The notes beneath the pieces are model-generated. The model did no database searches, was not told where the DNA came from, and was given only the letters and a program-made list of their open reading frames with translations. A program made the position numbers and the translations under genes. This document shows positions 38,540 through 47,934 of a stretch of 64,000 nucleotides of DNA, one piece after another; position 1 is the stretch's first letter, and each line of letters opens with the position of its first letter. The stretch is from NCBI GenBank assembly GCA_004321885.1, contig SCQK01000007.1, forward strand, positions 150,540-214,539. The letters run 5' to 3'. The stretch comes from Patescibacteria group bacterium. GTDB taxonomy: Bacteria; Patescibacteriota; Patescibacteriia; Magasanikbacterales; GWA2-37-8.

Positions 38540-38612
38540 GCGCCGCTAGCTCAGCTGGTAGAGCAGAGGACTCTTAATCCTAAGGTCCAGGGTTCGATCC
38601 CCTGGCGGCGCA
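38540..38612 (+). tRNA. tRNA-Lys (CTT)
   Basis: GCGCCGCTAGCTCAGCTGGTAGAGC...; anticodon loop CTCTTAA. Confidence 0.7.
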
Positions 38613-38618
38613 CAATTC

Positions 38619-38690
38619 GCCCTCGTCGTTCAATGGATAGGACACCAGGCTTCGAACCTGGTAATGTGGGTTCGATTCCTGCCGAGGGCA
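38619..38690 (+). tRNA. tRNA-Arg (TCG)
   Basis: GCCCTCGTCGTTCAATGGATAGGACA CCAGG CTTCGAA CCTGG... Confidence 0.7.
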
Positions 38691-39464
38691 CTAAACCGTC
38701 ACACTCTCTACTTTTATTCTTCCTTCCAAATAATTTTTATCATCTTTGAACGCGGCCGTTGCTTCATCCGCCAATTCGCCACTGCCCAACACAATTATTA
38801 CAAACGGATTTTCTGTTGTAAATAATTCTCCAAATCCGTGATGGCCGAAAGCGATATTTACCGCCACTTTTAATTCTTCGGTCGCGTATTCAGCCGGCAA
38901 ATACGCGCGGCTGATAACAAAACCCATGGGCAAACCATCGGCAGACGGATTAAATTTTCCCGTGCCGTCAAAATACACCACACGCGCGCTGTGAAATTCG
39001 GCCGGCCGCGCCATTTCTGTCAAAGCCACATGGCGGTAGCGCGCCCCGAGTTTGTCGGCTAATTTTTTCGCCCAATCAATCGCCAAATTATCCATTTGCT
39101 CGGATGTCGGTTCGGTTCCTTGGTTGTCGCGCTTGTAAGCGAGCCCGGCCGCGCCGCAACCTCCGTGGCTTGTGATTTCGCTCACGCCCAAATTTTTCAT
39201 CAGCCCGGCTGTTTTTTTCAGCCGCTCGGCTTCGGAGCTCGCCGGAAACAAAATGCCAGAACCGGCCATGGGGAATTTTGTCAGGCCGCCCATTTTTTTG
39301 TGCGCCACGCCTTCATCCATGCAGACAACGCACTCGTGCGTGTTCACAAAACATTTGCCCCACTCCGGCAAATTTTTTAAATATTTTTCCGTTCCCTGTT
39401 CGTAAATTTTTCGCATTACTTCTTGTCCATTGCTCCATTCAGCTTCCAGATTCTCATTATGCAT
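38691..39464 (-). CDS. beta-carbonic-anhydrase-like protein (divergent; native codon usage)
   Basis: CVVCMDEGV resembles the CxDxR motif; SHGGCGAAG resembles HxxCG. Confidence 0.4.
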   Translation of the reverse strand: MHNENLEAEWSNGQEVMRKIYEQGTEKYLKNLPEWGKCFVNTHECVVCMDEGVAHKKMGGLTKFPMAGSGILFPASSEAERLKKTAGLMKNLGVSEITSHGGCGAAGLAYKRDNQGTEPTSEQMDNLAIDWAKKLADKLGARYRHVALTEMARPAEFHSARVVYFDGTGKFNPSADGLPMGFVISRAYLPAEYATEELKVAVNIAFGHHGFGELFTTENPFVIIVLGSGELADEATAAFKDDKNYLEGRIKVESVTV

Positions 39465-39559
39465 AAAGTTGTCATTCCAATTTAATATCGCATTACGCGA
39501 AATTTAGAGATAAGCACCAACCCGCCGCGCCTATCTCCTTGGAACTTGGCAGGCAAGTG

Positions 39560-40207
39560 CTAAGCGGCGTCAGACGACTCCAACAGCCCGGGATCCGGCT
39601 CTTTTCCTTGAGGCCAGACCTCAATCTCCGGGTGCGTCTTCCTCCACTGCACCCATCCCTTGGCCCGAAGCCTCAAGAAACTATGATACCCCGAGTCATG
39701 ATCGTAGAGGCCGAAGATGAGAAGCACCTTCGTCTTTCCGATGGCCAGGCGCTTCTTGATATTCAGCTTGCCCTTGACCATCAGGTCAAGACACTGTATC
39801 AGCTTCAGCTTGTACTTTTCACAACCGCGGCAGGTGGCGTGATGACCTACAATGGTGAGGTAGTTATTTCCCTCGGTGTTCATGAACGTCCGCAGGGTTA
39901 CTTCTATTACAGTATAGTACGGCCGATCGTCGTTCAGCGGGGAGAAGGGGAAAACCGCCAGGTGCGCCCCCACGAAACTGACGTTCGCCATGCCGTTCAG
40001 CGGGTCTCTTCTTCCCCGGCCAGCCAGCGAAAGGACGCGCTCATCGGCCTCTTGGTTGAAGCGGCCGCATCCGCAAGTGATGTACGCCTTGCCTGGCTCA
40101 AAGCCGTGGCCGTCCAGCCGATTAAGTACCCCGGCCGCCAACAACTGACTAATGACCTTTCGCTCCTCATCGTTGTAGCCGAATAAACTTGACTCCCTCT
40201 GTGTCAT
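39560..40207 (-). CDS. beta-carbonic-anhydrase-like paralog (GC-rich, AAG/GAG codons; likely horizontally acquired)
   Basis: ITCGCGR and VGHHATCRGC motifs; strong SD AAGGAGG; the + strand mirror ORF was rejected. Confidence 0.45.
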   Translation of the reverse strand: MTQRESSLFGYNDEERKVISQLLAAGVLNRLDGHGFEPGKAYITCGCGRFNQEADERVLSLAGRGRRDPLNGMANVSFVGAHLAVFPFSPLNDDRPYYTVIEVTLRTFMNTEGNNYLTIVGHHATCRGCEKYKLKLIQCLDLMVKGKLNIKKRLAIGKTKVLLIFGLYDHDSGYHSFLRLRAKGWVQWRKTHPEIEVWPQGKEPDPGLLESSDAA

Positions 40208-40358
40208 CTGTGTAACCTCCTTGGTTAGGAAGGTGCGTTTGTTGATTGATAATATGATATTGTATTGATTTTAACTAAAAAAGTCAAAAAAAGAAGGCCC
40301 GACCGCAAAAGCTGAAAAACTTGCGGCGGACCTTGAAAGGACAAATAAAGCAGACAGC

Positions 40359-40925
40359 CTACTGTGGACGGACGAGCTGCATGCGGCGGAACTCGCGCCA
40401 CTTCTTACCGGAGAGGAAATACGTTCTCTTATCCTCTTCCGCTCCAGTCCAGTCCACATGAAGCTTGCACCTCACGCGGAGGCCGTGGTTGATCTCATCC
40501 TTGATCTCATCCTTGACGCCGACTATCCAGTCGACGATGGTGATGACGTCCAGCCCCCAGGCATCAGCTTTCCCACAGGGGACATGAGCAATGAGGACCA
40601 CGGTGTCAATCTCCTTGAGCTCCCGCGACTCGCGAATCTCCTCGAACAACATGTTGCCCTTCTCGCGACCGGCGGGATCCGGGCACTTGCGGTTCATCAG
40701 CAGAGGACCGCCGTTGATGGCGTGTAGGTGCGGCCGGGGCCGGCAGACACGCTCAATATACTTCATCTGATCGAGCGCCTGATCGCCATCGCCGCAGAGC
40801 ACCACGATCGCCCCGCCGCTGACATCCAACAATTTCGGCTCGACGTCCAGGAAAAAACCCTCTTCGCGCAGAACTGCCAGATCGTGCAACTCCTTCTCGG
40901 TAAGCTTACGGGCGTGTTTTCCCAC
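40359..40925 (-). CDS. beta-carbonic-anhydrase-like paralog (GC-rich; GTG start with SD)
   Basis: VVLCGDGDQ and IAHVPCGKADAWG motifs. Confidence 0.45.
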   Translation of the reverse strand: MGKHARKLTEKELHDLAVLREEGFFLDVEPKLLDVSGGAIVVLCGDGDQALDQMKYIERVCRPRPHLHAINGGPLLMNRKCPDPAGREKGNMLFEEIRESRELKEIDTVVLIAHVPCGKADAWGLDVITIVDWIVGVKDEIKDEINHGLRVRCKLHVDWTGAEEDKRTYFLSGKKWREFRRMQLVRPQ

Positions 40926-41301
40926 TTGCGTCTCCTTTTGGCGTAGGTAGTTGAGGGAAAGAGCGCTTCAAATTTTGAAACACTCGGTTTCATAATTTGC
41001 GAACATCATTTTACTCCGCTTCTCAAAAAAAATCAAGGGTCGTTCTTTTTTGAAAAACAATTTTTTACAGACTGCTTGCGGGGTCGCATGACCCTGTGCA
41101 TAACTTTTCCTAAAACTATTTTCATTCCGAAAAAAAAGTTTTATAATATATGCAGGTCGAGAAGAAAAATTTTACGTTGATGCTTGTCATGTAAAATTTC
41201 TTCAAAAATTTTTGCCGCGCTCATCAGATGGGAACTTACCCTAGGGGGCTCTCACGAGGATGAACGCCCAAAAATTATCTTACTCTCTATTCCAGACCTG
41301 T

Positions 41302-41325
41302 ATCCCGACTAAGTCGGGATGACAG
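41302..41325. repeat. ATCCCGACTAAGTCGGGATGACAG palindromic element in the micro-ORF leader
   Basis: CCCGACTAAGTCGGG core shared with the rRNA/intron hairpins. Confidence 0.7.
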
Positions 41326-41354
41326 TGCGCTGGGACAGAAAGGGGGTGTCTATT

Positions 41355-41402
41355 ATGGCCAAGAAGAAAGCCAAGAAGAAGGGCGGTAAGAAGCGAAAAT
41401 AG
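41355..41402 (+). CDS. 15-aa poly-Lys micro-ORF MAKKKAKKKGGKKRK
   Basis: SD AGGGGG plus 8 nt then ATG; immediately followed by a strong terminator. Confidence 0.35.
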   Translation: MAKKKAKKKGGKKRK

Positions 41403-41413
41403 TTTGGTAACTA

Positions 41414-41447
41414 AAACCTCCCGGCTTAGCCGGGAGGTTTTGTTTTT
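41414..41447. terminator. bidirectional rho-independent terminator (aaacctcccggc-ttag-ccgggaggttt then T7)
   Basis: Ends the micro-ORF (+) and the PHP gene (-). Confidence 0.7.
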
Positions 41448-42751
41448 TAGAATAATCGCGACTGGCCTCCGCCCATTTTTTCACGGTCGCCCAGGGCGTT
41501 CACTGTTCCGAACACGCCGTCGTAACCGGGCTTTACTTTCACCCGGCCAACGCGCGCGTTGGCGATGGCCAAAGCGATATTTTTATCCGAAGCGTATTTT
41601 TTTATCTCTTCCAAATCAGCGTCCAATAAAATATGAAATTCACTGCCGATATTTTTAATCAGATTTTCATACTCTAACGCCACTTTTTTGCCGGCCGTTC
41701 CCACGCCGAATACCGCCGCGATTATTTCCCGCAAAGGCACGACGTACTTGTGCGGAATAAATTTTTCCGCCGGGATATTTTCTTCTTCGCGGTCAGCCAA
41801 ATCATCTACGCGATGCAAAACACCGACTGTTAAATTTTTTTTGCATTTGGGGCAAATATTTTTTAATTTTTTTGTTTCTTTGGGCGCCAGGCAAACCTCG
41901 CACGCCGCGTGTCCGTCAAAATGATACTTGCCCTCTTCGGGAAAAAATTCTATGGTGTGCAAAAACTTTCTCTTGTCGCCTTCTTTTATTATCCGCGTGA
42001 TTTCGCCATAAGTAATTTCGTTTTCTTCCGCAAAAGCGAACGCATTGGCCTCGCGGCCGATTTTGTCCGGACTGTGCGCGTCGGAATTGGACACCAGGGT
42101 AATATTATCCAGCTTTGAAAGACGACGGTTCATTGCCGGGTCGCTGGAGAGTCCGGTTTCTATGGCGCGGATATGCGGCGTTAACTCTTCAAAGCACTCT
42201 GTCAGCGAATCATAGCCGGATTTGGAGCCGAAAACCGCGAACCAGGGAGTCCAGGCATGGGCCGGAATGAGTAAAAATCTTTCGTCAATTTCTAAAAGCA
42301 TTTGCAAAACGGCTTTGGCCGATAAACCCATTATCGGCCGGCCGTCGGATTTTAGGTTCACGCTCTTTTTTTCAAACTGCGCGTTCAATTTTTCCACCGC
42401 GGCGATATTGGGCGCCAAAATCACCAAATGCAAACGGCGGGTTTTGTCTTGGTGTTTGTAGATGCAGGAAATCTCGGTGGAGAGGATGAATTTAACCCCT
42501 CCTTGTATCCCTCCCCTATTAGGGGAGGGGCAAGGGGTGGGGTTTTTCAATTCATACAATCCGCTCTCTCCAATCTCGGACAAATTTTCTTTTATATGCC
42601 CCAGCCAGGCCGGATGCGTGAAATCGCCGGTCGCTACAATATCAACTCCCTTGCGCGCGCAAGCCGCGGCGATTTTTGGCAATTCCAAATCAGGCGAACA
42701 AGCGCGTGAGTATTTGGAATGAATGTGAAAGTCAAGAATTTGTTTGAGCAT
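41447..42751 (-). CDS. PHP-domain protein with C-terminal zinc finger, endonuclease Q-like
   Basis: LDFHIHSKYS PHP motif; GHAACEVC...CPKC; in-frame CCCTCC/GGAGGG element (PTPCPSPNRGGIQGGV). Confidence 0.5.
   Translation of the reverse strand: MLKQILDFHIHSKYSRACSPDLELPKIAAACARKGVDIVATGDFTHPAWLGHIKENLSEIGESGLYELKNPTPCPSPNRGGIQGGVKFILSTEISCIYKHQDKTRRLHLVILAPNIAAVEKLNAQFEKKSVNLKSDGRPIMGLSAKAVLQMLLEIDERFLLIPAHAWTPWFAVFGSKSGYDSLTECFEELTPHIRAIETGLSSDPAMNRRLSKLDNITLVSNSDAHSPDKIGREANAFAFAEENEITYGEITRIIKEGDKRKFLHTIEFFPEEGKYHFDGHAACEVCLAPKETKKLKNICPKCKKNLTVGVLHRVDDLADREEENIPAEKFIPHKYVVPLREIIAAVFGVGTAGKKVALEYENLIKNIGSEFHILLDADLEEIKKYASDKNIALAIANARVGRVKVKPGYDGVFGTVNALGDREKMGGGQSRLF
42496..42545. repeat. 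CCCTCC/GGAGGG hairpin element inserted in frame in the PHP gene
   Basis: cccctccttgtatccctcccctattaggggaggggcaaggggtgggg. Confidence 0.75.
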
Positions 42752-43871
42752 ATTGAATCGCGGCAGCGACCGCGCGCGAGATATTTTTATCCAACGGGTC
42801 GGGCAAAATTTGCTCGGCGGTCGGCGACGGCACCAGCGCGGCCAGGGCGCGGGCCGCCGCCAGCTTCATTCCCATGGTAACTTTTTTTATTCTGCCGTCC
42901 AGCAAGCCGCGAAATACTCCCGGGAAAGCCAGCACGTTATTCACCTGATTGGAAAAATCACTGCGACCCGTGGCAACGAGCGCGGCGCCGGCCGCGCGCG
43001 CCAGGTCGGGCATTATTTCCGGCACTGGATTGGCCATAGCAAACACAATCGCGTCCTCATTCATTGTTTTTATCATTTCCGCAGTCAGAAGTCCCGGCTT
43101 GCTCACGCCCACAAAAACATCCGCGCCCGCTACGGCCTGCGCCAAACCGCCGCATTTTTTTGCCTTATTCGTAAAAGAAGACAGTTCGCTCTTTGCTTCG
43201 TTCAAATCGCCACGGCCTTCCACGATGATGCCTTTGGAATCAACGACGGTAATGTTTTTCACGCCAACGCCATACAAAATGTTGGCCACGGCCGTGCCGG
43301 CCGCGCCCGCGCCGCTAATCGCGACATCCGCTTCGCTCAAATTTTTACCTGCCACCCGCAAAGCATTAAGCAGTCCGGCCAAAACCACGATGGCTGTGCC
43401 ATGCTGGTCATCGTGAAACACCGGAATGTCTAAAATTTCGGCCAAACGCCTTTCAATTTCAAAACAGCGCGGAGCGCTAATGTCTTCCAAATTAATGCCG
43501 CCGAAAATCGGAGATATCGCCGCCACGATTTTTATGATTTCTTCCGTGTCCTGCGTAGCGAGCGCGATGGGCACCGCGTCCACATCGGCGAATTCCTTAA
43601 ACAGCACGCACTTGCCTTCCATCACCGGCAAACTGGCTTCGGCGCCGATATTGCCCAGGCCCAGCACCGCGCTGCCGTCTGTTACTACCGCCACCAAATT
43701 ATTCTTGCGGGTCAAATCATAGACCAAGTTTTTATCCCGCGCTATCGCCTTGCACGCTTCGGCCACACCGGGAGTATAGGCCAAGGATAAATCCGCGCGC
43801 GTTTGTATTTTCGCGCGCGATATGACTTCTATTTTACCTTTTAATTTTCGGTGATATTCAACAGGGTCCAT
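42732..43871 (-). CDS. NAD(P)-dependent malic enzyme (short form)
   Basis: Malic-enzyme N-domain plus Rossmann (AISGAGAAGTAVANIL). Confidence 0.8.
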   Translation of the reverse strand: MDPVEYHRKLKGKIEVISRAKIQTRADLSLAYTPGVAEACKAIARDKNLVYDLTRKNNLVAVVTDGSAVLGLGNIGAEASLPVMEGKCVLFKEFADVDAVPIALATQDTEEIIKIVAAISPIFGGINLEDISAPRCFEIERRLAEILDIPVFHDDQHGTAIVVLAGLLNALRVAGKNLSEADVAISGAGAAGTAVANILYGVGVKNITVVDSKGIIVEGRGDLNEAKSELSSFTNKAKKCGGLAQAVAGADVFVGVSKPGLLTAEMIKTMNEDAIVFAMANPVPEIMPDLARAAGAALVATGRSDFSNQVNNVLAFPGVFRGLLDGRIKKVTMGMKLAAARALAALVPSPTAEQILPDPLDKNISRAVAAAIQYAQTNS

Positions 43872-44778
43872 AGCTCCAACGCGCGAAAATGCCGCAGGGA
43901 AGCAGACGGCCGGATTTTTCTTCTATTGTTAGTTCGCCATGTTCCACCGAACCGCCCGCCAATTTTTTTACGAGCGATTCTAAATTATTAGCGTAAGTAA
44001 TAGACGAATAGCCCGAGGCATAGCCATTGACCAGAAAAAACAGCGGCTTATCCGACAAAAGCTGTGCGCACAAATCCATCAGCTCCAAAAAATCTTCTTC
44101 TATCTTCCACATTTCGCCTTTGGGGCCGTGCCCAAAAGCCGGCGGGTCCATGATAATGCCGTCATACTTGCGCCCACGTTTGATTTCACGCTTCACAAAC
44201 GCCACGGCATCATCCAAAATCCAGCGAACGGGTTTTTCCGACAGACCGGAAATTTCCGCGTTTTCCCGCGCCCAGCCAATGGCCGACTTGGAGCCGTCCA
44301 CATGGCATATCTGCGCGCCGGCCTGAGCCGCGGCCAACGTAGCGCCGCCGGTGTAGCCAAAAAGATTAAGAACGTTGACCTTGTCATTCCCGCCCCGTAT
44401 CCTGGTACGGGGCAGGCTCCGGCGGGAATCCAATACCTTTTTTATCCATTCCCAATTTCCTTTTTGCTCCGGGAACAAACCAGTGTGTTTAAAAGCCGAG
44501 GGTTTAATCCAAAAACGCAAACCGCCAAACTCAACTTGCCATTTCCGCGACACGCCAGCCTTTAATTTCCATTCGGTGGCTTGGTCACCGCGCACCCCAA
44601 CAGGGTCCCTTCTGGAAAAAACCGCGTCCGCTTTTGGCCATAGCTCGGGCGCGCTCTTTCGCCACAAGGCCTGCGGGTCTGGCCGGGACAAAACATATTT
44701 TCCGTATCTTTCCAATTTCTCCCCTTCTCCGCTATCCAATAATTCGTAGTCTTTTTCTTTTTTCGTAATTTGAATCAT
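43858..44778 (-). CDS. class I SAM-dependent rRNA methyltransferase (RlmI/RlmK-like)
   Basis: LNLFGYTGGATLAAA SAM motif, DPPAFG; contains an in-frame palindromic element (RTRIRGGNDK). Confidence 0.6.
   Translation of the reverse strand: MIQITKKEKDYELLDSGEGEKLERYGKYVLSRPDPQALWRKSAPELWPKADAVFSRRDPVGVRGDQATEWKLKAGVSRKWQVEFGGLRFWIKPSAFKHTGLFPEQKGNWEWIKKVLDSRRSLPRTRIRGGNDKVNVLNLFGYTGGATLAAAQAGAQICHVDGSKSAIGWARENAEISGLSEKPVRWILDDAVAFVKREIKRGRKYDGIIMDPPAFGHGPKGEMWKIEEDFLELMDLCAQLLSDKPLFFLVNGYASGYSSITYANNLESLVKKLAGGSVEHGELTIEEKSGRLLPCGIFARWSYGPC
44383..44431. repeat. GTCATTCC-CGCCCCGTATCCTGGTACGGGGCAGGCTCCGGCG-GGAATCC element in frame in the methyltransferase gene
   Basis: Conserved outer arms, different inner hairpin. 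Confidence 0.75.
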
Positions 44779-45116
44779 ATCAAATCCATTCTAAATTCAG
44801 CCCCATGTTTCATAAATCCCTTGCGCTCGTACCACTCATGTACTTGGGGCCGGCTGAAACGGCTGGTGGCTATCAATTTATAGCAACCGATGCTTTTGGC
44901 TTCATTTATCGCGGTTTCCAAAAGTTGATTGCCCAAACCTTTTCCTCTATACGCCTCCTCCACAAAAATATCTTCCAAAAAACCAAACGGCTCTTCGTGC
45001 AAGCCGTTGTACAAAACATACAAAAGCGCCCGGCCCACGCGCTGACCATTTTCTTCCGCCGACACTTGCACGCCATAGGCCTTATTCACCTGCTCTTTTT
45101 TTATTTCCATAATCAT
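44775..45116 (-). CDS. GNAT-family N-acetyltransferase
   Basis: Acetyl-CoA motif RGKGLGNQLL. Confidence 0.65.
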   Translation of the reverse strand: MIMEIKKEQVNKAYGVQVSAEENGQRVGRALLYVLYNGLHEEPFGFLEDIFVEEAYRGKGLGNQLLETAINEAKSIGCYKLIATSRFSRPQVHEWYERKGFMKHGAEFRMDLI

Positions 45117-45121
45117 TTTTA

Positions 45122-46069
45122 CTAAACCAAAATTTTCTTAAAAATCCGACTAATTTCCCCCGGGCTTAACGCGCCTTTCAAATCACGATAGGAAAAACTT
45201 TTTATACTTCTGCCGCGCAAATTTTCTTTATCAAACTCCAGCGAAGCCCATTTTTTTTCTTGAAAATATTTTTTCTGCGCTGAATTCAATTTGTGTGCGT
45301 CGCGTATTATCATATCCACCCGGCGCGGCAAATATTTTTCTAATTCTGAAACCAAACTACTTAAACACTCCGGGCCGGTCTCGCCTTCGGCGCGATAGGC
45401 GCTCTCCACGTAAATCAACTTCGCTTTGGACGCCTTAACCGCCTCTTTTGTTCCATTCGGCAAAAGAGTCGCGACCAAACTGGTGTACAAACTGCCCGGG
45501 CTTAAAATAATATAGTCGGCCGCCCGAATGGCGCGCACCGCTTTTTCATACGCCTTTCCCGACGGCTCCAGCCAGACCTTTTTTATCTTAAACTTTCTAT
45601 TGTAATCGGGAGTATCTATGACCGCCTCGCCTTTTATCACCTTGCCGTTTGTCAGTTCGGCGCAAAGCCGCGTCGGTTTAAGAGTTACTGGATACACATT
45701 GCCCCGGGCTTCCACCGCCTGGGCCAAGGCTGAAAGCGAACGCAAAAAATCGCCGCCATATTTCGTTCCCAAAGATAAAAAAATATTTCCCAAATTATGT
45801 CCATCCAATTTTCCCGCGCCGCTAAATCGGGCGCTGTAAAAAATCTGCCGCAAAATCTGATAATCGTATTTTGAAAGCGACAAAATCGCGCGCAAAATAT
45901 CGCCCGGGGGCAGAATGCCAAACTCGTCGCGCAAACGCCCCGAGGAACCGCCCGAATCGGCCGTGGAAATAACGCCGGTAATATCAAACAAGTCCGCATT
46001 TCTTTTGAGCGCGTCTAGGCAAATGGCGCTGCCATTGCCTCCGCCGATGACAACTATTTTCTTTTCCAT
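45122..46069 (-). CDS. YvcK/CofD-family (gluconeogenesis factor-like) protein
   Basis: VVIGGGNGSAICLDAL...ISTADSGGSSGRLR. Confidence 0.7.
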   Translation of the reverse strand: MEKKIVVIGGGNGSAICLDALKRNADLFDITGVISTADSGGSSGRLRDEFGILPPGDILRAILSLSKYDYQILRQIFYSARFSGAGKLDGHNLGNIFLSLGTKYGGDFLRSLSALAQAVEARGNVYPVTLKPTRLCAELTNGKVIKGEAVIDTPDYNRKFKIKKVWLEPSGKAYEKAVRAIRAADYIILSPGSLYTSLVATLLPNGTKEAVKASKAKLIYVESAYRAEGETGPECLSSLVSELEKYLPRRVDMIIRDAHKLNSAQKKYFQEKKWASLEFDKENLRGRSIKSFSYRDLKGALSPGEISRIFKKILV

Positions 46070-46089
46070 AAATTCCTGCTAACCAATTA

Positions 46090-47913
46090 CTACTCCACGG
46101 TAACTGACTTTGCCAAATTGCGCGGCCTATCCACATCACACCCCAGAGCCACGGCCATGTGATAAGCAAATAATTGCAAAGGCAAAGTGTTTAAGAGCGG
46201 CTCCAAAAGCTCCATAGTCGGCGGCACAAAAATCACATCATCCGCAATTTCTTTCACGCTTTCATCGCCCTCGGTCGCCACCAAAATCACTTTCGCCTGC
46301 CGGGCGCGCGCTTCCTGCACGTTGCTGCGCATTTTATCATAAAGCTGGTTTTGTGTCATGAGCGCGAAAATCGGAAATTCCGGCGAAAGCATGGAAATCG
46401 GCCCGTGCTTCAGCTCGCCACCCGGATAGGCCTCGCTGTGAATATATGTAATTTCTTTCAATTTAAGAGAGCCCTCCAGCGCCACCGGATAATTTATGCC
46501 GCGCCCCAAAAACATAAAATCGCGCGCGCCCTGATATTTTTCCGCAATTTTTTTTATCTCATCGCTTTTTTCCAAAATTGATTTCATTTTCCCCGGTATT
46601 TCCAATAAAGCGTCCAGCAACCGTTTGCCCGTAGCCGCGCTCACCCTTTTTAATCTGCCGAATTGTAGGGCATACAAAAGCAAAATCGCCACCATATTAG
46701 TGTAGGCCTTGGAAGAAGCCACGGCCAGCTCGGGCCCGGCATGAATATAGGTGCCGCCGCCGGTTTCGCGCGCGATAGTGGAACCAATGACATTGACAAT
46801 GCCCCGCACTTGCGCGCCCTTTCTTTTGGCCTCGCGCAAAGCGGCCAAGGTATCGGCTGTTTCGCCGGACTGGGAGATGCCAAACACCAAAGTTCTGTCA
46901 TCCACAATCGGGTCGCGATAGCGAAACTCGCTGGCTACGTCCACCTCGGTGGGCAAATCAGCCAATCGTTCAAAGGCGTATTTACCGGCCAGTCCGGCAT
47001 AATAGGCAGTGCCGCAGGCGAGCAAAACTACGCGCTTCACCTGCCGCATCTGCTCCGGCGTCATATTCAGGCCGCCCAAATGGGCCTCTCCCTCGGCCAA
47101 ATCATAGCGCCCGCGCAAGGCGTCTTCCAGCGAACGCGGCTGGTCAAAAATTTCTTTAAGCATAAAATGGGGAAAGCCTTGCTTCTGCGCCTGTTCATCA
47201 TCCCATTCAATATTTTCCACGCACTTGGTCACTTTTTCGTCTTGCAGAGTAAACATCTTTAACTGGTCCGGCGTGATTTCCGCCACTTCCCCGTCATCCA
47301 AAAAAATCACCTGCTTGGTATGCGCCAGCATCGGCGAAGTATCGGAGCCGATATAGTATTCGCCGTCGCCCACGCCCACCACCAGCGGGCTGCCCATGCG
47401 CGCGGCCACTATTTTTTCCGGCTCGTTCATGTGCATGACCACCAGCCCGTAAGTACCGTGCACATGCGCCAGCGCCTGCTCCACGGCCAAACGCAAATCC
47501 CCTTTGTAATGCGCTTCTATCAAATGCGCCAAAACCTCGGTATCGGTTTCCGATTTGAATTCGTGCCCTTGCAAAAATTTTTCCTTGAGCTCGCGGTAAT
47601 TTTCAATAATTCCGTTGTGCGCTAAAACTAAATTGTCGTCGCAAGCGGCATGCGGATGAGCATTGGCTTCGGTCACTCCGCCGTGCGTGGCCCAGCGCGT
47701 ATGCGCTATGCCAACTGTGCCACTCATAGTCTGCCCTTTTAATTTATCGGCCAGGCAATCAATTTTGCCCACCGCCCTGGTTCTATTAAATTTTCCGTCC
47801 GACAAAATGGCCACGCCGGCGCTGTCATAGCCGCGGTATTCCAACCGGCGCAAGCCGTTAATTAAAATCGGCAAGCATTGTTTTTTTCCGACGTAACCCA
47901 CAATCCCGCACAT
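46090..47913 (-). CDS. glmS: glutamine--fructose-6-phosphate aminotransferase
   Basis: MCGIVGYVG N-terminal nucleophile; two SIS domains. Confidence 0.9.
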   Translation of the reverse strand: MCGIVGYVGKKQCLPILINGLRRLEYRGYDSAGVAILSDGKFNRTRAVGKIDCLADKLKGQTMSGTVGIAHTRWATHGGVTEANAHPHAACDDNLVLAHNGIIENYRELKEKFLQGHEFKSETDTEVLAHLIEAHYKGDLRLAVEQALAHVHGTYGLVVMHMNEPEKIVAARMGSPLVVGVGDGEYYIGSDTSPMLAHTKQVIFLDDGEVAEITPDQLKMFTLQDEKVTKCVENIEWDDEQAQKQGFPHFMLKEIFDQPRSLEDALRGRYDLAEGEAHLGGLNMTPEQMRQVKRVVLLACGTAYYAGLAGKYAFERLADLPTEVDVASEFRYRDPIVDDRTLVFGISQSGETADTLAALREAKRKGAQVRGIVNVIGSTIARETGGGTYIHAGPELAVASSKAYTNMVAILLLYALQFGRLKRVSAATGKRLLDALLEIPGKMKSILEKSDEIKKIAEKYQGARDFMFLGRGINYPVALEGSLKLKEITYIHSEAYPGGELKHGPISMLSPEFPIFALMTQNQLYDKMRSNVQEARARQAKVILVATEGDESVKEIADDVIFVPPTMELLEPLLNTLPLQLFAYHMAVALGCDVDRPRNLAKSVTVE

Positions 47914-47934
47914 ATTATTATTTCAAAGTTAAAG

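Noticed and set aside
39539-40186. 215-aa + strand ORF
   Set aside because: R/L/V-rich antisense frame of the minus-strand beta-CA-like gene, which has a strong SD and protein-like composition.
47914-47934. glmS ribozyme upstream of glmS
   Set aside because: Only 21 nt separate glmS from the upstream gene; no room for the ribozyme core.
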